Assembly: GCA_903895255.1 (NCBI GenBank)
Contig: CAITTG010000092.1
Coordinates: 64,306 to 128,305, forward strand
Source: an uncultured Verrucomicrobia subdivision 3 bacterium
GTDB lineage: Bacteria > Verrucomicrobiota > Verrucomicrobiia > Limisphaerales > UBA11358
Length of the DNA: 64,000 nt
Reading direction: 5' to 3'
The number at the start of each line of letters is the position of its first letter. Position 1 is the first letter of the stretch. The notes below the pieces were generated by a model, which made no database searches, was not told the DNA's origin, and saw only the letters and a program-made list of their open reading frames with translations. This document shows, one piece after another, positions 24,239-34,193 of the stretch. The position numbers and the translations under genes were made by a program.

Positions 24239-27200
24239 CTAGGGCTGAAACACCCGATAGAAGCGATGGGGGTAATTGGTCGCCTGCCAGTCAAACCAAA
24301 TGAACTGGTTGGTGAGAGCGGTATTGGTGGCGAGCGGCGCCCAGTTGATCAGGTTGGTGGTGGTCTGGAGGACGTAATTGCTGCCAGGGATGCCCGTGAA
24401 ACCCAACTGAAAGACCTGGTTGGAGAAACCTTGGGAGGTGAAGGCCACCGGCTGAACCAAAAACAACGCGCTGGCGGCCACGCTGTTATTGTAACCGGGG
24501 GCAAAAGCACTGGCGGCCAGGGTGGCATTGTTATAGAAAGTGAGACTTCCGGGAAAGCGCAAGGAATTGGTCGTGGGCAGGGAGCCATCCAGGGTGTAAT
24601 AGATCGTTGCGTTGGTGTTGGGATCCACCACACTAACCGGCACCGAGGCTTGGTAGTTGCCGCCATTTGGGTTGATGACTGGCGGAGCCAGTGCGGGAAT
24701 ACCGGGCAGAAGGTTGATCCAGCCTGCGAAAACAGCAACAGCATTGGTATCGATAAGGTTGCGGGCGAGTGGCGGCATTTTATAGGCGGCGTTGGTGGTA
24801 TTGACCCGGGCGTAAATCATGGAACGCCACACGTCTTGCGACCGCACAATGCAGGCATGGTCGTAGCCAAGGGTGACCGCGGCCGGGTAATTGGTGATAT
24901 TCTGACTGGCCAGCTGGGTGTCGTAACGCGCGTCAAAGGAGATACCGGTGCCACCCGGTTGGTGGCACTGCGCGCAATTGGCATCCAGGTACGAGCGACT
25001 GCGGTCCTGGAGCGTGGCGGTGAGGTTGGTCAACGCGGACATTTTCTCCAAATTAGTGATGGTTGCCTCGTCAAATGCCGGGTTTAAGAGACCGAGCCGG
25101 TTGAGCGTCCGCAACTGATTGTCGGTTACCCCGGTCGCCGGATAGGTGTTATTGCCATTCAATTGGCGGGTATTGAGGCCGAGCACGTAATTGGCCACCG
25201 GCGTGTGACAGGTGAGGCAGTCCGCCGGGCTGGGGTAATACCACGTCTGGGTGGTGAGGCCGGTCGCGTTGGTGATGGTAATGGTCTCGTTCAGGCGGTT
25301 GCTCAGCAAGTCCGCATCGCTGTTGTCGGTCCGCCATTTGTAAGTGACGCCGTAAACCGCGCCATTGATGTCGCGCACCAGCAACCGCGTTTCCAAGCGG
25401 CGCACCACGCCGGGGTTGCTGGTGTCGGTGTTCAAAGTAAATGTCTTCACAAATACCGAGCCGGCGGGAAAGGTCCACGACCCGGTGGGGGCAAAGGTAA
25501 TTTGCTGGCCGGGCGTGGGCGGTGCACCGGAGCCGGGCACGGAGAAATAGCGGGCCTTCAACGCGCCATCCGACCATAGGGGCGTGTTGGGCACATAGGG
25601 AATGAGGCCATTGGTGGGGATCATGGCGGGGGTGTTGCTGAACACGCCGGTTTGCGACAGCAAGAGCGGCAGCGGGCCCTGGTAGGTCGTGGGCAGGTTC
25701 AGGAAGGCCGGCAGCGCGGCGTTGGTGGTCAGGCCATAGGGCTGCCCGGTGGCCGGGAGCACCGTGATATTTACGGGCGCGGAAGTGGCACCCAAGCCGC
25801 TGCCATCCACCGCCACAGCAGTCAGCGCATAGTTGCCGGCCGCCAATCCAGTGGCGGTAAGGGTGTACGGCGGACTGGCGGCGGTGCCCAGCAGGGTGCC
25901 ATTCGCATAAAAGCTCACCTGGCTGAGCGGGTTGAAGGGCGCGTCGGCGTCGGCGCCCAGCGTGACACTCGCACTGGCGGTGTACGCGGCAGCGTTGGTC
26001 GGACTGAGTAACACCACCGCCGGCGGCGGGTTGGTGTAGGGATACAATTGTGTCGGCGGAATCACGGCCAGTGGAGTGGATGGACTGCTCCAGGCCAGCG
26101 ATGCCTCCGCGCCACCACCGCCCTGGTAATAATCCATGCGAATATTATAAAGCTGCTGGGCCTTCAGGGTGATCGAACCTTGGTAGGTCGTTGGGGCCTG
26201 GTCCAGCCAGGCATCCACCAGCAACTGGCCGTTCAGCCACAAGCGCACCCCGTCATCGGCCGTGACAGAAAACGTGTAGGTCTCGTTATACTGCGGTTCC
26301 ACCGACCCCAGCCAGCGCGCGGTAAAGACGGTCTGGCCGATGCGCGGGTCCGGACCGGTGGTGTTCCAGTTAAAATTCACCACGGCGTCGGTGCGGGTCA
26401 GAGTGGGTGCGACGTTAAAGGCCAGGTTGGTGAAAGCGGCGCTCGGGGTGTTGGTCCAGTATTCGCCCGTCAAACCGGCCCCGGTGCCAGTAGCGGAGCT
26501 GTTGCTAAAACTCGCGCTGGCCACGGCGCTGGCCACCGTGCCCGGCAGACTGGCGATGACTTGCAACGAAGCGCTGTTGGTGAGCAGCAGCGCCGCAGTG
26601 TAGAGCGTGGAGTTGGTTGTGGGGAGGGTGCCATCCAGAGTATAATAAAGGCCCACTCCTGGCGAAGTGTCAGACAGGGTGACCGTCACCGCATTGGTGA
26701 AAAGTCCGCCGGCCGGAACGATGACCGGCGTGGGCTGGAACACCCCGTTGCCGAAGACGGAGAGCACATATTGCCCCCCCACATAGACCTTGCCATTCGC
26801 AATGGTGGGAGTGGTCATTTTTACCGCGCCACCCGGGTTGTCGCGTGTCGGGTTCAGGCTGCTGTTATAAAGTTCCTGCGCCAAGTTGGTGGCGTTGTAC
26901 GCATGCAAGACCGCAGGTCCGCCACTGGCAAAGGCATCCGGCTGGAGGGACCAGGCGATGGCATTGCCCATGCCGCTGGCGGAGATGGATGGCGTGCCTC
27001 CGGCCCCGCCGTAGCTCGTGGCCGCCGCCGAGACGGGCGTGGTGGCAATAACAGAATTGCTAATCGCAAACGCCTTCAGCACGTCGCCCAGGCCTTGGTA
27101 GTAGATCAGGCCGTTGAAATAAGCCGGACAGCTCCATGTCCCGCCCACCGCGTTGGGAATTTCCTGAACAATTTGCGTGTCCGCAGCGGGGTTGTATTTG

Positions 27201-30200
27201 CCCAGATTGTCGCGGTCCAGCAGGTAGATTTTACCTTCCTTGCCACAGCCCACCAGGAGGTGCGGATGCGCTGTGCCACCGACGGCATCCGGCAGCAAGA
27301 GTGGGCCGCCGGAGCCGAGATCCTCGTCCGCGGCCGACAAGCCGGCCTGGTTGTACGGAGTGAAATAATCCGCCACGCGCAGGCCGTTCGTGGTGGCCAG
27401 TTTCACAAAACTGTCGGAATAATCGCCGCCATTGGTATTGGCGCTAAAACTGCCATTGCCAGTTTCGAAATAAAGGTTGGTCGCGGCATCCACGCACAGG
27501 CCGTCCCCGGCCATCCACAGCGCGCCCTCGGCGGCGTTGGCGCCAAAGGCGGCGACGGTGGCGTTGGGGGTGGTGTTATAAACTAAATTAGTCACCGGCT
27601 GGAGCGTGGTGGCATTGAACCCAATCACCCAGCCGTGATAAGGGTCCGTGTCGGCAAAACTGCCATAGGCCACATACACCAGGCCGCCGGCCAGCGTCAG
27701 CCCGGGGCGCGCATTCTCCTGCCGCGCATTGAACCGCACCACGCCGTTGGAACTGTCCACCCCGCGGCCGGGCACCGACGCGGAGACCACCACCGGACTG
27801 TTGGGCAACTCCATGCCATTGGTCAGGCTGAGGGCGTGGAGGCGGTGATAATAATTCGTCGTGGCCCCCACCTCCCGGCTCAGCACATTGACGTAAAGCA
27901 CCCCCGCCACCGGATCAATGACCGGCGTGCCGGTGATGCCCACCTCGGGAACGATGTCCAAATAATTACCATTCCCATACCGCTGGCCGAACTCGTGATT
28001 GTTGCTCAGCGGCGCGATGCCCGGCGTGACGTGCCAGAGAACCCCGCCGTTCGGGCCGGCATTACTGTCCGCATCCAGCGCATAAATGCTGTCATGCTCC
28101 GTGGCCACGAAGACGACATTATGCACGCCCTGGCCGGGAACGTTGAGGTTCGCCACATAAAGCGGCTGCGCATACACATAGCCATCGAGCGCATAACTGA
28201 ACAACCGCCCGAAGGTGTTGACATTGACGTTCGCCAGGGTGAGCAGAAACTCATTGGTGTTTGCCCCGGCACGAGTGTTGTCATTGTGAAAGGTGGTGAC
28301 ATTGGGCGGCGCGGAAGTTGGCAGGGGCAGCACCGTCAGAAAGGCTGGCTGGCTGGCATTCGTGCCCTCGGCATTGGCGGCAATCACGCTGTACGCGCCC
28401 GCATCGCTGGCGCGGAGGTTTGCCACCGTCAGTGCAGGCGCGGTCTGGCCGGACAAATTGGTGCCGTTATGCTGCCATTGCAAGCTGATCGGTTGGGAAC
28501 CGGCCACGCCCACAGTGAAGGTGGCAAGGCCATTGAGATAGTTGGTTGCCGACGGCGGACTCGGCTGGGTGGCAAACTGGGGTGCGGAGGCGGCATTCAC
28601 GACCAGGGTGAGGGACGGGCTCAGGCTGGCGGCAGTGTTATTACTGACAACCACCGAGTAATAATTGGTGGTATTCGCCGCCAACCCCGGCAAGACCAGG
28701 GAGCTATTGGTTGCGCCTGGAACATTGATGCCATTCACCTGCCATTGGAAAAAAAAAGGCGTGCGGCCGGTGGGGGTCTCACTCAAGGTCACGGCGGTGC
28801 CGCCATAGACCGGGCTGCCGGGCGCGGCCACCGGAGCGTTGGCCACCAGCACGGTGTTGCCAATCCGCCACGCATCCGGGACCACGCCGGCGGTGATTTG
28901 CACCTCGTCGAGGAAACCCCGAAACGTCTGCGGGTTGGCCGCCAGCGGATACGTGTTGCGGCCCAGGAATAGATTCCCGTTGTCCGTGGCGGGCAACGGC
29001 AGAAAACCCGCCGGAAGATTGTTGGTGGCCACGGCCAGCGAGCCATCCGCATTGGCAATCGTGAGCCTTAGTTGCCCATTCGTCCCGGCCAGGGTGTCGC
29101 ACACCGCCAGCAGATAATGCCACTGGCCGTCGGCATAATTCGCTCCGGCCAAATCCACATAGTTCGTGAGACCGAGGCTAGCATTGGCCACTTTGAACCG
29201 GACGCCGCCGGTCGCTGCCTCGTTCATATCAATGCCATAACGAAAAGTCTGGCCGGTGTCCGTGCCCTGGGCCGCCAGCTCCATCGTCCCCGCGCCGCTC
29301 TGATTACCGTCCGTTGCGAAAAACAACTCAATGGAAAACGGCCCGGTGAAATCCATTTCGTCACCGTACTGGTCCTGCGGAAAGAACAAGGCGCCATCCA
29401 CGTTCGTGATCGATTCCGCATCGTAGGAAAAACTCCCCGGGCCATGCGCGTTAACAAACATCGAGCTGGGGGCGGTGTTAGTGGCCAGGGTCACCGGGTT
29501 GCCCGGGAGGCCATTGAAGGTGATGAGGTCATCGATCGCCGCTGGCAGGATACCGGTGGTGTAAATGCCCTGCCCCACCGTCGTGTCGCTATCCACCACG
29601 CCAGTGAAGGCTCCCACACCAGCGCTGTTGGGCGCGGTGATCTGCGCCTCCATCCGCCAGCAGGCGACGTTGTAGGGCGGGATGACCGTCAACGGCGCGA
29701 CCGAACTGGTCACCGCCCCCCCGCTATTTGCAACCATCACGGAATAGTTCGCACTGGCACCGGAGACGGGATACAAGTTCAAGTTGGGCAGCGTCGCTCC
29801 GACAACGGGGACGCCATTGCTGAGCCATTGATAGGTGAGCGCCCCCAGACCCGTGGCGGTGACATTAAACCCGGCCGGACCTCCCAGATCCGTGGTGACC
29901 GAGGCCGGTTGGCCAGTAATGGCTGGCGGCGGCACATTCGCTGCGGTCGCCCAAGTTGTGCCCAGATGGTAAAGACTCAGCGACACCAGTTGCACCCCGC
30001 TGCCGATGGCGGTCATGCCGAGCGGCTGAGGACCGGCCACCGGGGTCACGCTCATGGGCATGTACAAGAAACCGCCGTTGCCGAAAATCTCAACCGACCC
30101 GCGGTCCACTAGAAAGCGCAGATGCACGACGCCGTTGCTGGGACTCAGCGCATTGGTCAAGCCCGCGCAAGCCACCGTCCGGCTGGCGGCGTTGTAAACC

Positions 30201-32113
30201 ACCGGGGTGCCGGCCAGATTGAATACCACCTGATTGGTGGCCCCCGGCTGGAATTGGGCGTCCAAATCAAAGGCCTCCCCGCTCATTCCCGCCAGGGCGT
30301 TGGCCCCGTTCACCAGCGACTGCGCGGGCCAGGTGTTGGTGGTGAGCCGGAGCTGCGCGATTTCCGCCACCGGATTGGCATCCAGCCACGGACCGGAAGG
30401 CGCGCTTTGCAAGGTCAGCACCACCGGGAAATTCATGATGGAATTGAACGGCACGCCCGTGAAATTTACCGTTCCCTGGGAAATGAGAATGCGCCGGCCA
30501 TCCGCCGCCGGGATATTGTTAAAGGTTTGCGCCGCCGCCATGCTGTTCCCCTGCCGGATCACATTCGGCCCATTGAGCGCGGTAAAGGTGTTGCCGTCAA
30601 ACTGGCCGGTGTAATAATTGCCCGCCCCCGCCCAGAAAACCCATGACAGGTTGTTGGGGTTGCCGTCCAGCGGCAATTGAAACAGCTCCGGCACCTCGAT
30701 CACGCCCGGAAAGGTGAACGTGGAGGTTTGCGTCCAGTGTTTCAGGTCGGTCGAGGAGAAGAAGCCGAAGTCGTGGTTGTTCAGCCAGAGCACGAGCACC
30801 CATTTGTTGCCGGGCGCGTACCAGATGACCTTCGGGTCACGGTTGTCGCCGCCCACGAGATTGGGGATGACGGGATTGTTCGTGTACTTGGTCCAGGTTA
30901 CCCCCTGATCGAGGCTGTAAGCCAGGCACTGGGTGAAGAGCTGGCCGGCGGACATCCGGGGATTGTTGCTGTGACCGCCGGCCGCGGTGTAAAAAGCCAC
31001 CAGGGCGTTCGTGCCAAAACCCGCGCTATTGTTCTCATCCACCACCGCCGAGCCGGACCACATCGCCCCCAGCCAGTCCGGATACAGCGCCTCCGGCAGT
31101 TCCTGCCACTGCACCAGGTTCGTGCTCACCGCGCTGCCCCAGTGCATGTTGTCCCACTCGGTGCCATAGGGATTGTGCTGGTAATACAAATGATACTGTC
31201 CGTCGTAAAAAACCATCCCGTTCGGATCGTTGAGCCAGCCTCGGCGCGCGGTATAGTGATACACCGGCCGCGTCGTTTCCTGATAAATCGGGGTGGTGGT
31301 CAGGATGTTGGTGGCCTGCACCAAGGCCGTGAGCTGGCTGGCATTGGCGGCCGCGGAATCCACCCGCACGAGCAGCTCCCCTTGAAACGCCGTTAAATCG
31401 AGAAACGCATAATAATCCGGGGTGCCATTGGTCACCAAGGCGAGGTTAAACTCGTGAATCACCAGCCCGTTTTGCAGCAGCTCCACCAGATGGCTGGGAC
31501 CGGCATAACTGACCGGCAAATTTAAATAGTGGTTCGTGGCCACCAGCCGGTTGGGCAACGAAGTGGCCGTCTCGGTGATCTGGTCCACATTGATGTGGCC
31601 CCAACCATTGGTGCAGGCGTCGACGATTTGGAGCTGCGCGGTTTGATTGAGATAACCGCTGACATTCCACTGCAACCAGTCCAGTGCCTCGCGGTCACCC
31701 ATGCCCACCGCCGAGAAAACGACTTTCCCGCCCACCAGCAGATTGACACAGGTTTGGGTCCGATGGTTGCCCGCGCCAATGAGAAATTTAAGATAAGTGC
31801 GGGTGATGGTGAAGGGAGGCGAGGTCAAAGTCCCGGTGCTGGCGTCCCCATTATAAAAGGTGTTTACCAGCCCTTTGCCCAGATAACCGGACACGGCCTG
31901 CTGGCCGGCGAGGGTGCCCTGCGCCGGCCCGGGCCCCATGGCCGAGCCCGTGACCGTCCAGCTTCCGCCGGGCAACCACGCGTAATTGGTCGCCTCAAAA
32001 TCCGCCAGCACAATGTCCTGCGCCCGCAAAGCACCCGCGAGGGCCACCAGTCCCAGCCAGACGAGGAGACCTTTTACCAACCCGCCCGCCCGCCCGGTTC
32101 GCTTGGCAATCAT
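24239..32113 (-). CDS. Giant multidomain secreted GH32 (beta-fructofuranosidase/levanase-type). Domain order: N-terminal beta-sandwich, GH32, Ig-like, LamG, Ig-like x2, PQQ/BamB-like beta-propeller, CHB_HEX_C-like, PA14, Ig-like, diheme CxxCH module, CHB_HEX_C-like, FYR-tail domain.
   Basis: GH32 catalytic motifs WLNDPNG, RDPKV and IEVPELF. PA14: GLTGEYWTN...FTARWLGSVEPQYNETYTFSVTADDGVRLWLNG. Propeller: TFHNDNTRAGANTNE...LDGYVYAQPLYV...VFVATEHDSIYALDA. CLTCH at nt 25205..25219 and CAQCH at nt 24962..24976. The ORF track start at 32116 is TTG, immediately followed by the ATG at 32113. Confidence 0.85.
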   Translation of the reverse strand: MIAKRTGRAGGLVKGLLVWLGLVALAGALRAQDIVLADFEATNYAWLPGGSWTVTGSAMGPGPAQGTLAGQQAVSGYLGKGLVNTFYNGDASTGTLTSPPFTITRTYLKFLIGAGNHRTQTCVNLLVGGKVVFSAVGMGDREALDWLQWNVSGYLNQTAQLQIVDACTNGWGHINVDQITETATSLPNRLVATNHYLNLPVSYAGPSHLVELLQNGLVIHEFNLALVTNGTPDYYAFLDLTAFQGELLVRVDSAAANASQLTALVQATNILTTTPIYQETTRPVYHYTARRGWLNDPNGMVFYDGQYHLYYQHNPYGTEWDNMHWGSAVSTNLVQWQELPEALYPDWLGAMWSGSAVVDENNSAGFGTNALVAFYTAAGGHSNNPRMSAGQLFTQCLAYSLDQGVTWTKYTNNPVIPNLVGGDNRDPKVIWYAPGNKWVLVLWLNNHDFGFFSSTDLKHWTQTSTFTFPGVIEVPELFQLPLDGNPNNLSWVFWAGAGNYYTGQFDGNTFTALNGPNVIRQGNSMAAAQTFNNIPAADGRRILISQGTVNFTGVPFNSIMNFPVVLTLQSAPSGPWLDANPVAEIAQLRLTTNTWPAQSLVNGANALAGMSGEAFDLDAQFQPGATNQVVFNLAGTPVVYNAASRTVACAGLTNALSPSNGVVHLRFLVDRGSVEIFGNGGFLYMPMSVTPVAGPQPLGMTAIGSGVQLVSLSLYHLGTTWATAANVPPPAITGQPASVTTDLGGPAGFNVTATGLGALTYQWLSNGVPVVGATLPNLNLYPVSGASANYSVMVANSGGAVTSSVAPLTVIPPYNVACWRMEAQITAPNSAGVGAFTGVVDSDTTVGQGIYTTGILPAAIDDLITFNGLPGNPVTLATNTAPSSMFVNAHGPGSFSYDAESITNVDGALFFPQDQYGDEMDFTGPFSIELFFATDGNQSGAGTMELAAQGTDTGQTFRYGIDMNEAATGGVRFKVANASLGLTNYVDLAGANYADGQWHYLLAVCDTLAGTNGQLRLTIANADGSLAVATNNLPAGFLPLPATDNGNLFLGRNTYPLAANPQTFRGFLDEVQITAGVVPDAWRIGNTVLVANAPVAAPGSPVYGGTAVTLSETPTGRTPFFFQWQVNGINVPGATNSSLVLPGLAANTTNYYSVVVSNNTAASLSPSLTLVVNAASAPQFATQPSPPSATNYLNGLATFTVGVAGSQPISLQWQHNGTNLSGQTAPALTVANLRASDAGAYSVIAANAEGTNASQPAFLTVLPLPTSAPPNVTTFHNDNTRAGANTNEFLLTLANVNVNTFGRLFSYALDGYVYAQPLYVANLNVPGQGVHNVVFVATEHDSIYALDADSNAGPNGGVLWHVTPGIAPLSNNHEFGQRYGNGNYLDIVPEVGITGTPVIDPVAGVLYVNVLSREVGATTNYYHRLHALSLTNGMELPNSPVVVSASVPGRGVDSSNGVVRFNARQENARPGLTLAGGLVYVAYGSFADTDPYHGWVIGFNATTLQPVTNLVYNTTPNATVAAFGANAAEGALWMAGDGLCVDAATNLYFETGNGSFSANTNGGDYSDSFVKLATTNGLRVADYFTPYNQAGLSAADEDLGSGGPLLLPDAVGGTAHPHLLVGCGKEGKIYLLDRDNLGKYNPAADTQIVQEIPNAVGGTWSCPAYFNGLIYYQGLGDVLKAFAISNSVIATTPVSAAATSYGGAGGTPSISASGMGNAIAWSLQPDAFASGGPAVLHAYNATNLAQELYNSSLNPTRDNPGGAVKMTTPTIANGKVYVGGQYVLSVFGNGVFQPTPVIVPAGGLFTNAVTVTLSDTSPGVGLYYTLDGTLPTTNSTLYTAALLLTNSASLQVIASLPGTVASAVASASFSNSSATGTGAGLTGEYWTNTPSAAFTNLAFNVAPTLTRTDAVVNFNWNTTGPDPRIGQTVFTARWLGSVEPQYNETYTFSVTADDGVRLWLNGQLLVDAWLDQAPTTYQGSITLKAQQLYNIRMDYYQGGGGAEASLAWSSPSTPLAVIPPTQLYPYTNPPPAVVLLSPTNAAAYTASASVTLGADADAPFNPLSQVSFYANGTLLGTAASPPYTLTATGLAAGNYALTAVAVDGSGLGATSAPVNITVLPATGQPYGLTTNAALPAFLNLPTTYQGPLPLLLSQTGVFSNTPAMIPTNGLIPYVPNTPLWSDGALKARYFSVPGSGAPPTPGQQITFAPTGSWTFPAGSVFVKTFTLNTDTSNPGVVRRLETRLLVRDINGAVYGVTYKWRTDNSDADLLSNRLNETITITNATGLTTQTWYYPSPADCLTCHTPVANYVLGLNTRQLNGNNTYPATGVTDNQLRTLNRLGLLNPAFDEATITNLEKMSALTNLTATLQDRSRSYLDANCAQCHQPGGTGISFDARYDTQLASQNITNYPAAVTLGYDHACIVRSQDVWRSMIYARVNTTNAAYKMPPLARNLIDTNAVAVFAGWINLLPGIPALAPPVINPNGGNYQASVPVSVVDPNTNATIYYTLDGSLPTTNSLRFPGSLTFYNNATLAASAFAPGYNNSVAASALFLVQPVAFTSQGFSNQVFQLGFTGIPGSNYVLQTTTNLINWAPLATNTALTNQFIWFDWQATNYPHRFYRVFQP

Positions 32114-32122
32114 CAAAACAAT

Positions 32123-34186
32123 TTACCGCCACGCTGATTTCAGCGTCCATACTTCCGCCGAATGGATTTTCGTATTCTCCGCCGGCCCGAAGAATTCCAC
32201 CCCGCGGCTACCCGCCGAGGGATAAACCAAATCGGTGATGACCCGTTCGCCGTTGTTTACAAAGACTTCCACCGAACAGGCATCCACAAAGATGTGCAAC
32301 TGGACGGGGCCACTGGCGCGGGGCAGCGGGGCGTCCTGCACTCCGGGAAATTGGGGATTGAAACCCACGTTGCCGGATTGCGAACGGTCCACAAATACCC
32401 GTCCCGCCGAGCGATCCACGCCAATCGCCGTCGCCTCATTTGCGCCTTTCAACACTTTCACCCCGGACACTCCAGTGGTGGCCGGCGCGAGTTCCACCAG
32501 CAATTCCAATTGCTTACCCTGAATCGCCTGGTCCACCAGCCACGCATTCGCCTGCGCCAGATCCCCGCCGGGAAAGACCAGATGCCGGTCGCGCAACGAC
32601 TCCATTTCCCGCGTGGGTTTCTGCACCAGCCGGAGGCCCTCGGTGGTGCGGCGCAAGCCCACCTCGCGCGGTATGGACATCGCACTGCGCCACGGCGAGG
32701 TGGGCACGTCCCCGCCATACTGCCAGTTGCTCATCCAGCCGAGCCAAAGGCGGCGGCCGTCTGACTTTGGCACATCGCTCCACGACACGGCGGCGTAATA
32801 ATCCTTGCCGTAATCAAACCAAAGGGCCGCCTCGGAGGCGGAATGCGCCGGGGCGTCCGCCAGCATGATCTGGTCCACATTGATGTGGCCCCAGCCGCCG
32901 GTCGCATGGTCCACAATTTGCAGCACGGCACTTTGCCCCATGAAATCACGCACGTCCCAGGCGTGCCAGGTCAACTGCTCGGCATCCTGGCCGGAGGCCG
33001 TCCGCACCACCTTGCCGTCCACCAGCAGGTTCATGCAGGTTTCCTTTTGCGAGCCGCCGCCGATGAGGAAATTCACATACGCATGCGTGAGTGCAAACGC
33101 CGGCGAAGTCAGTGTGCCTTGGGTGCCATCGCCATGGTAATAGCTGTTCACCAACCCATGGCCAACATAGCCCGTCACCGGATTTTGATCGCCCAGCACG
33201 CCCTGGGCCGGGCCGGGACCGAAAGCCTCGCCAGTGGTTTTCCAATCACCATAGTCCTTGCCCTCGAAATCCGCGATCACCGTGCCGTCCGGCACCACCG
33301 CCGGCGTTGGCTGGAGCGTCTCATCCGGGTCCGCCGTGAAATTCGTGCCGTCAAACTGGCCGATGAAATATTGCCCGCCTGAACCGCCCGCCACACTGCC
33401 CGGGTTCATGTTCACCGCGAGCACCCAGTGTTTTTCGTTGGTGCCCTGCACCGGCAGTTCAAACAAGTCGGGGCATTCCCACACACCGCTCGTGGCGCCA
33501 GCCGGGCCAAATTCACTGAGCAGCGTCCACTCCTTGAGATTGGGCGAACTGTAAAACAACACTTTGTGATCCGCCGCCAGTGAAACCGTCATAATCCAGC
33601 GGTGGGTGGCCTCATACCACTGCACTTTTGGATCACGAAAATCACGTGAGTTGAGGTTGATGACCGGGTTGCCCGCATATTTCGTCCAGGTGCGCCCCTT
33701 GTCATTGCTGTAGGCGATGTTCTGAAATTGCAGGTTATCCGCCGGCCGGTAGCCCGCATAAATGGCGATCATTGGCGGCTGGCCATTAATGCCAAATCCG
33801 CTCGTGTTATGCCAGTCCACCACCGCGCTGCCGGAAAAAATCATCACGCCGTCCGCCTCAGGCAGCGCCAGCGGCAGATGCTGCCAGTGAACCAGGTCCG
33901 GACTCACCGCGTGCCCCCAGCTCATGTGGCCCCACGTGTTGCCAAAGGGATTGTACTGGTAAAACAGATGATACTCCCCGGCGTAATACACCAGTCCATT
34001 GGGGTCGTTCATCCAGTTCTTTTCCGGCGTGAAATGGAACTGGGGCCGGAAAGGCTCCGTGTAATAATCGGCGGGCCGGGCCGGGGCATCCGCCCGGGTG
34101 GTGAGCAGCGACACCCCCAGACCCAATCCCAGAAAAATTCCCTGGCTGAGGATTCGGCCCGAACGGCCGGCAAGCATGAGTTTCAT
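32123..34186 (-). CDS. GH32 exo-fructosidase (levanase/inulinase-type) with a beta-sandwich domain nested inside the propeller
   Basis: Motifs FRPQFHFTPEKNWMNDPNGLVYY, FRDPKV and WECPDLFEL. Signal peptide from MKLMLAGRSGRILSQGIFLGLGLGVSLL (ATG at 34186). The ORF track extension to 34408 overlaps the kinase gene. Confidence 0.9.
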   Translation of the reverse strand: MKLMLAGRSGRILSQGIFLGLGLGVSLLTTRADAPARPADYYTEPFRPQFHFTPEKNWMNDPNGLVYYAGEYHLFYQYNPFGNTWGHMSWGHAVSPDLVHWQHLPLALPEADGVMIFSGSAVVDWHNTSGFGINGQPPMIAIYAGYRPADNLQFQNIAYSNDKGRTWTKYAGNPVINLNSRDFRDPKVQWYEATHRWIMTVSLAADHKVLFYSSPNLKEWTLLSEFGPAGATSGVWECPDLFELPVQGTNEKHWVLAVNMNPGSVAGGSGGQYFIGQFDGTNFTADPDETLQPTPAVVPDGTVIADFEGKDYGDWKTTGEAFGPGPAQGVLGDQNPVTGYVGHGLVNSYYHGDGTQGTLTSPAFALTHAYVNFLIGGGSQKETCMNLLVDGKVVRTASGQDAEQLTWHAWDVRDFMGQSAVLQIVDHATGGWGHINVDQIMLADAPAHSASEAALWFDYGKDYYAAVSWSDVPKSDGRRLWLGWMSNWQYGGDVPTSPWRSAMSIPREVGLRRTTEGLRLVQKPTREMESLRDRHLVFPGGDLAQANAWLVDQAIQGKQLELLVELAPATTGVSGVKVLKGANEATAIGVDRSAGRVFVDRSQSGNVGFNPQFPGVQDAPLPRASGPVQLHIFVDACSVEVFVNNGERVITDLVYPSAGSRGVEFFGPAENTKIHSAEVWTLKSAWR

Positions 34187-34193
34187 CGTTTGA

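Noticed and set aside
26048-28972. Plus-strand ORFs of 512 aa (26048..27586) and 445 aa (27635..28972). Further ones occur at 29072..30112, 30677..31396, 20681..22075, 34233..35417, 35168..36112 and 54834..55844.
   Set aside because: All are antisense shadow ORFs opposite well-supported minus-strand genes (the GH32 giant, GH78b, fructokinase, MFS transporter and GH29).
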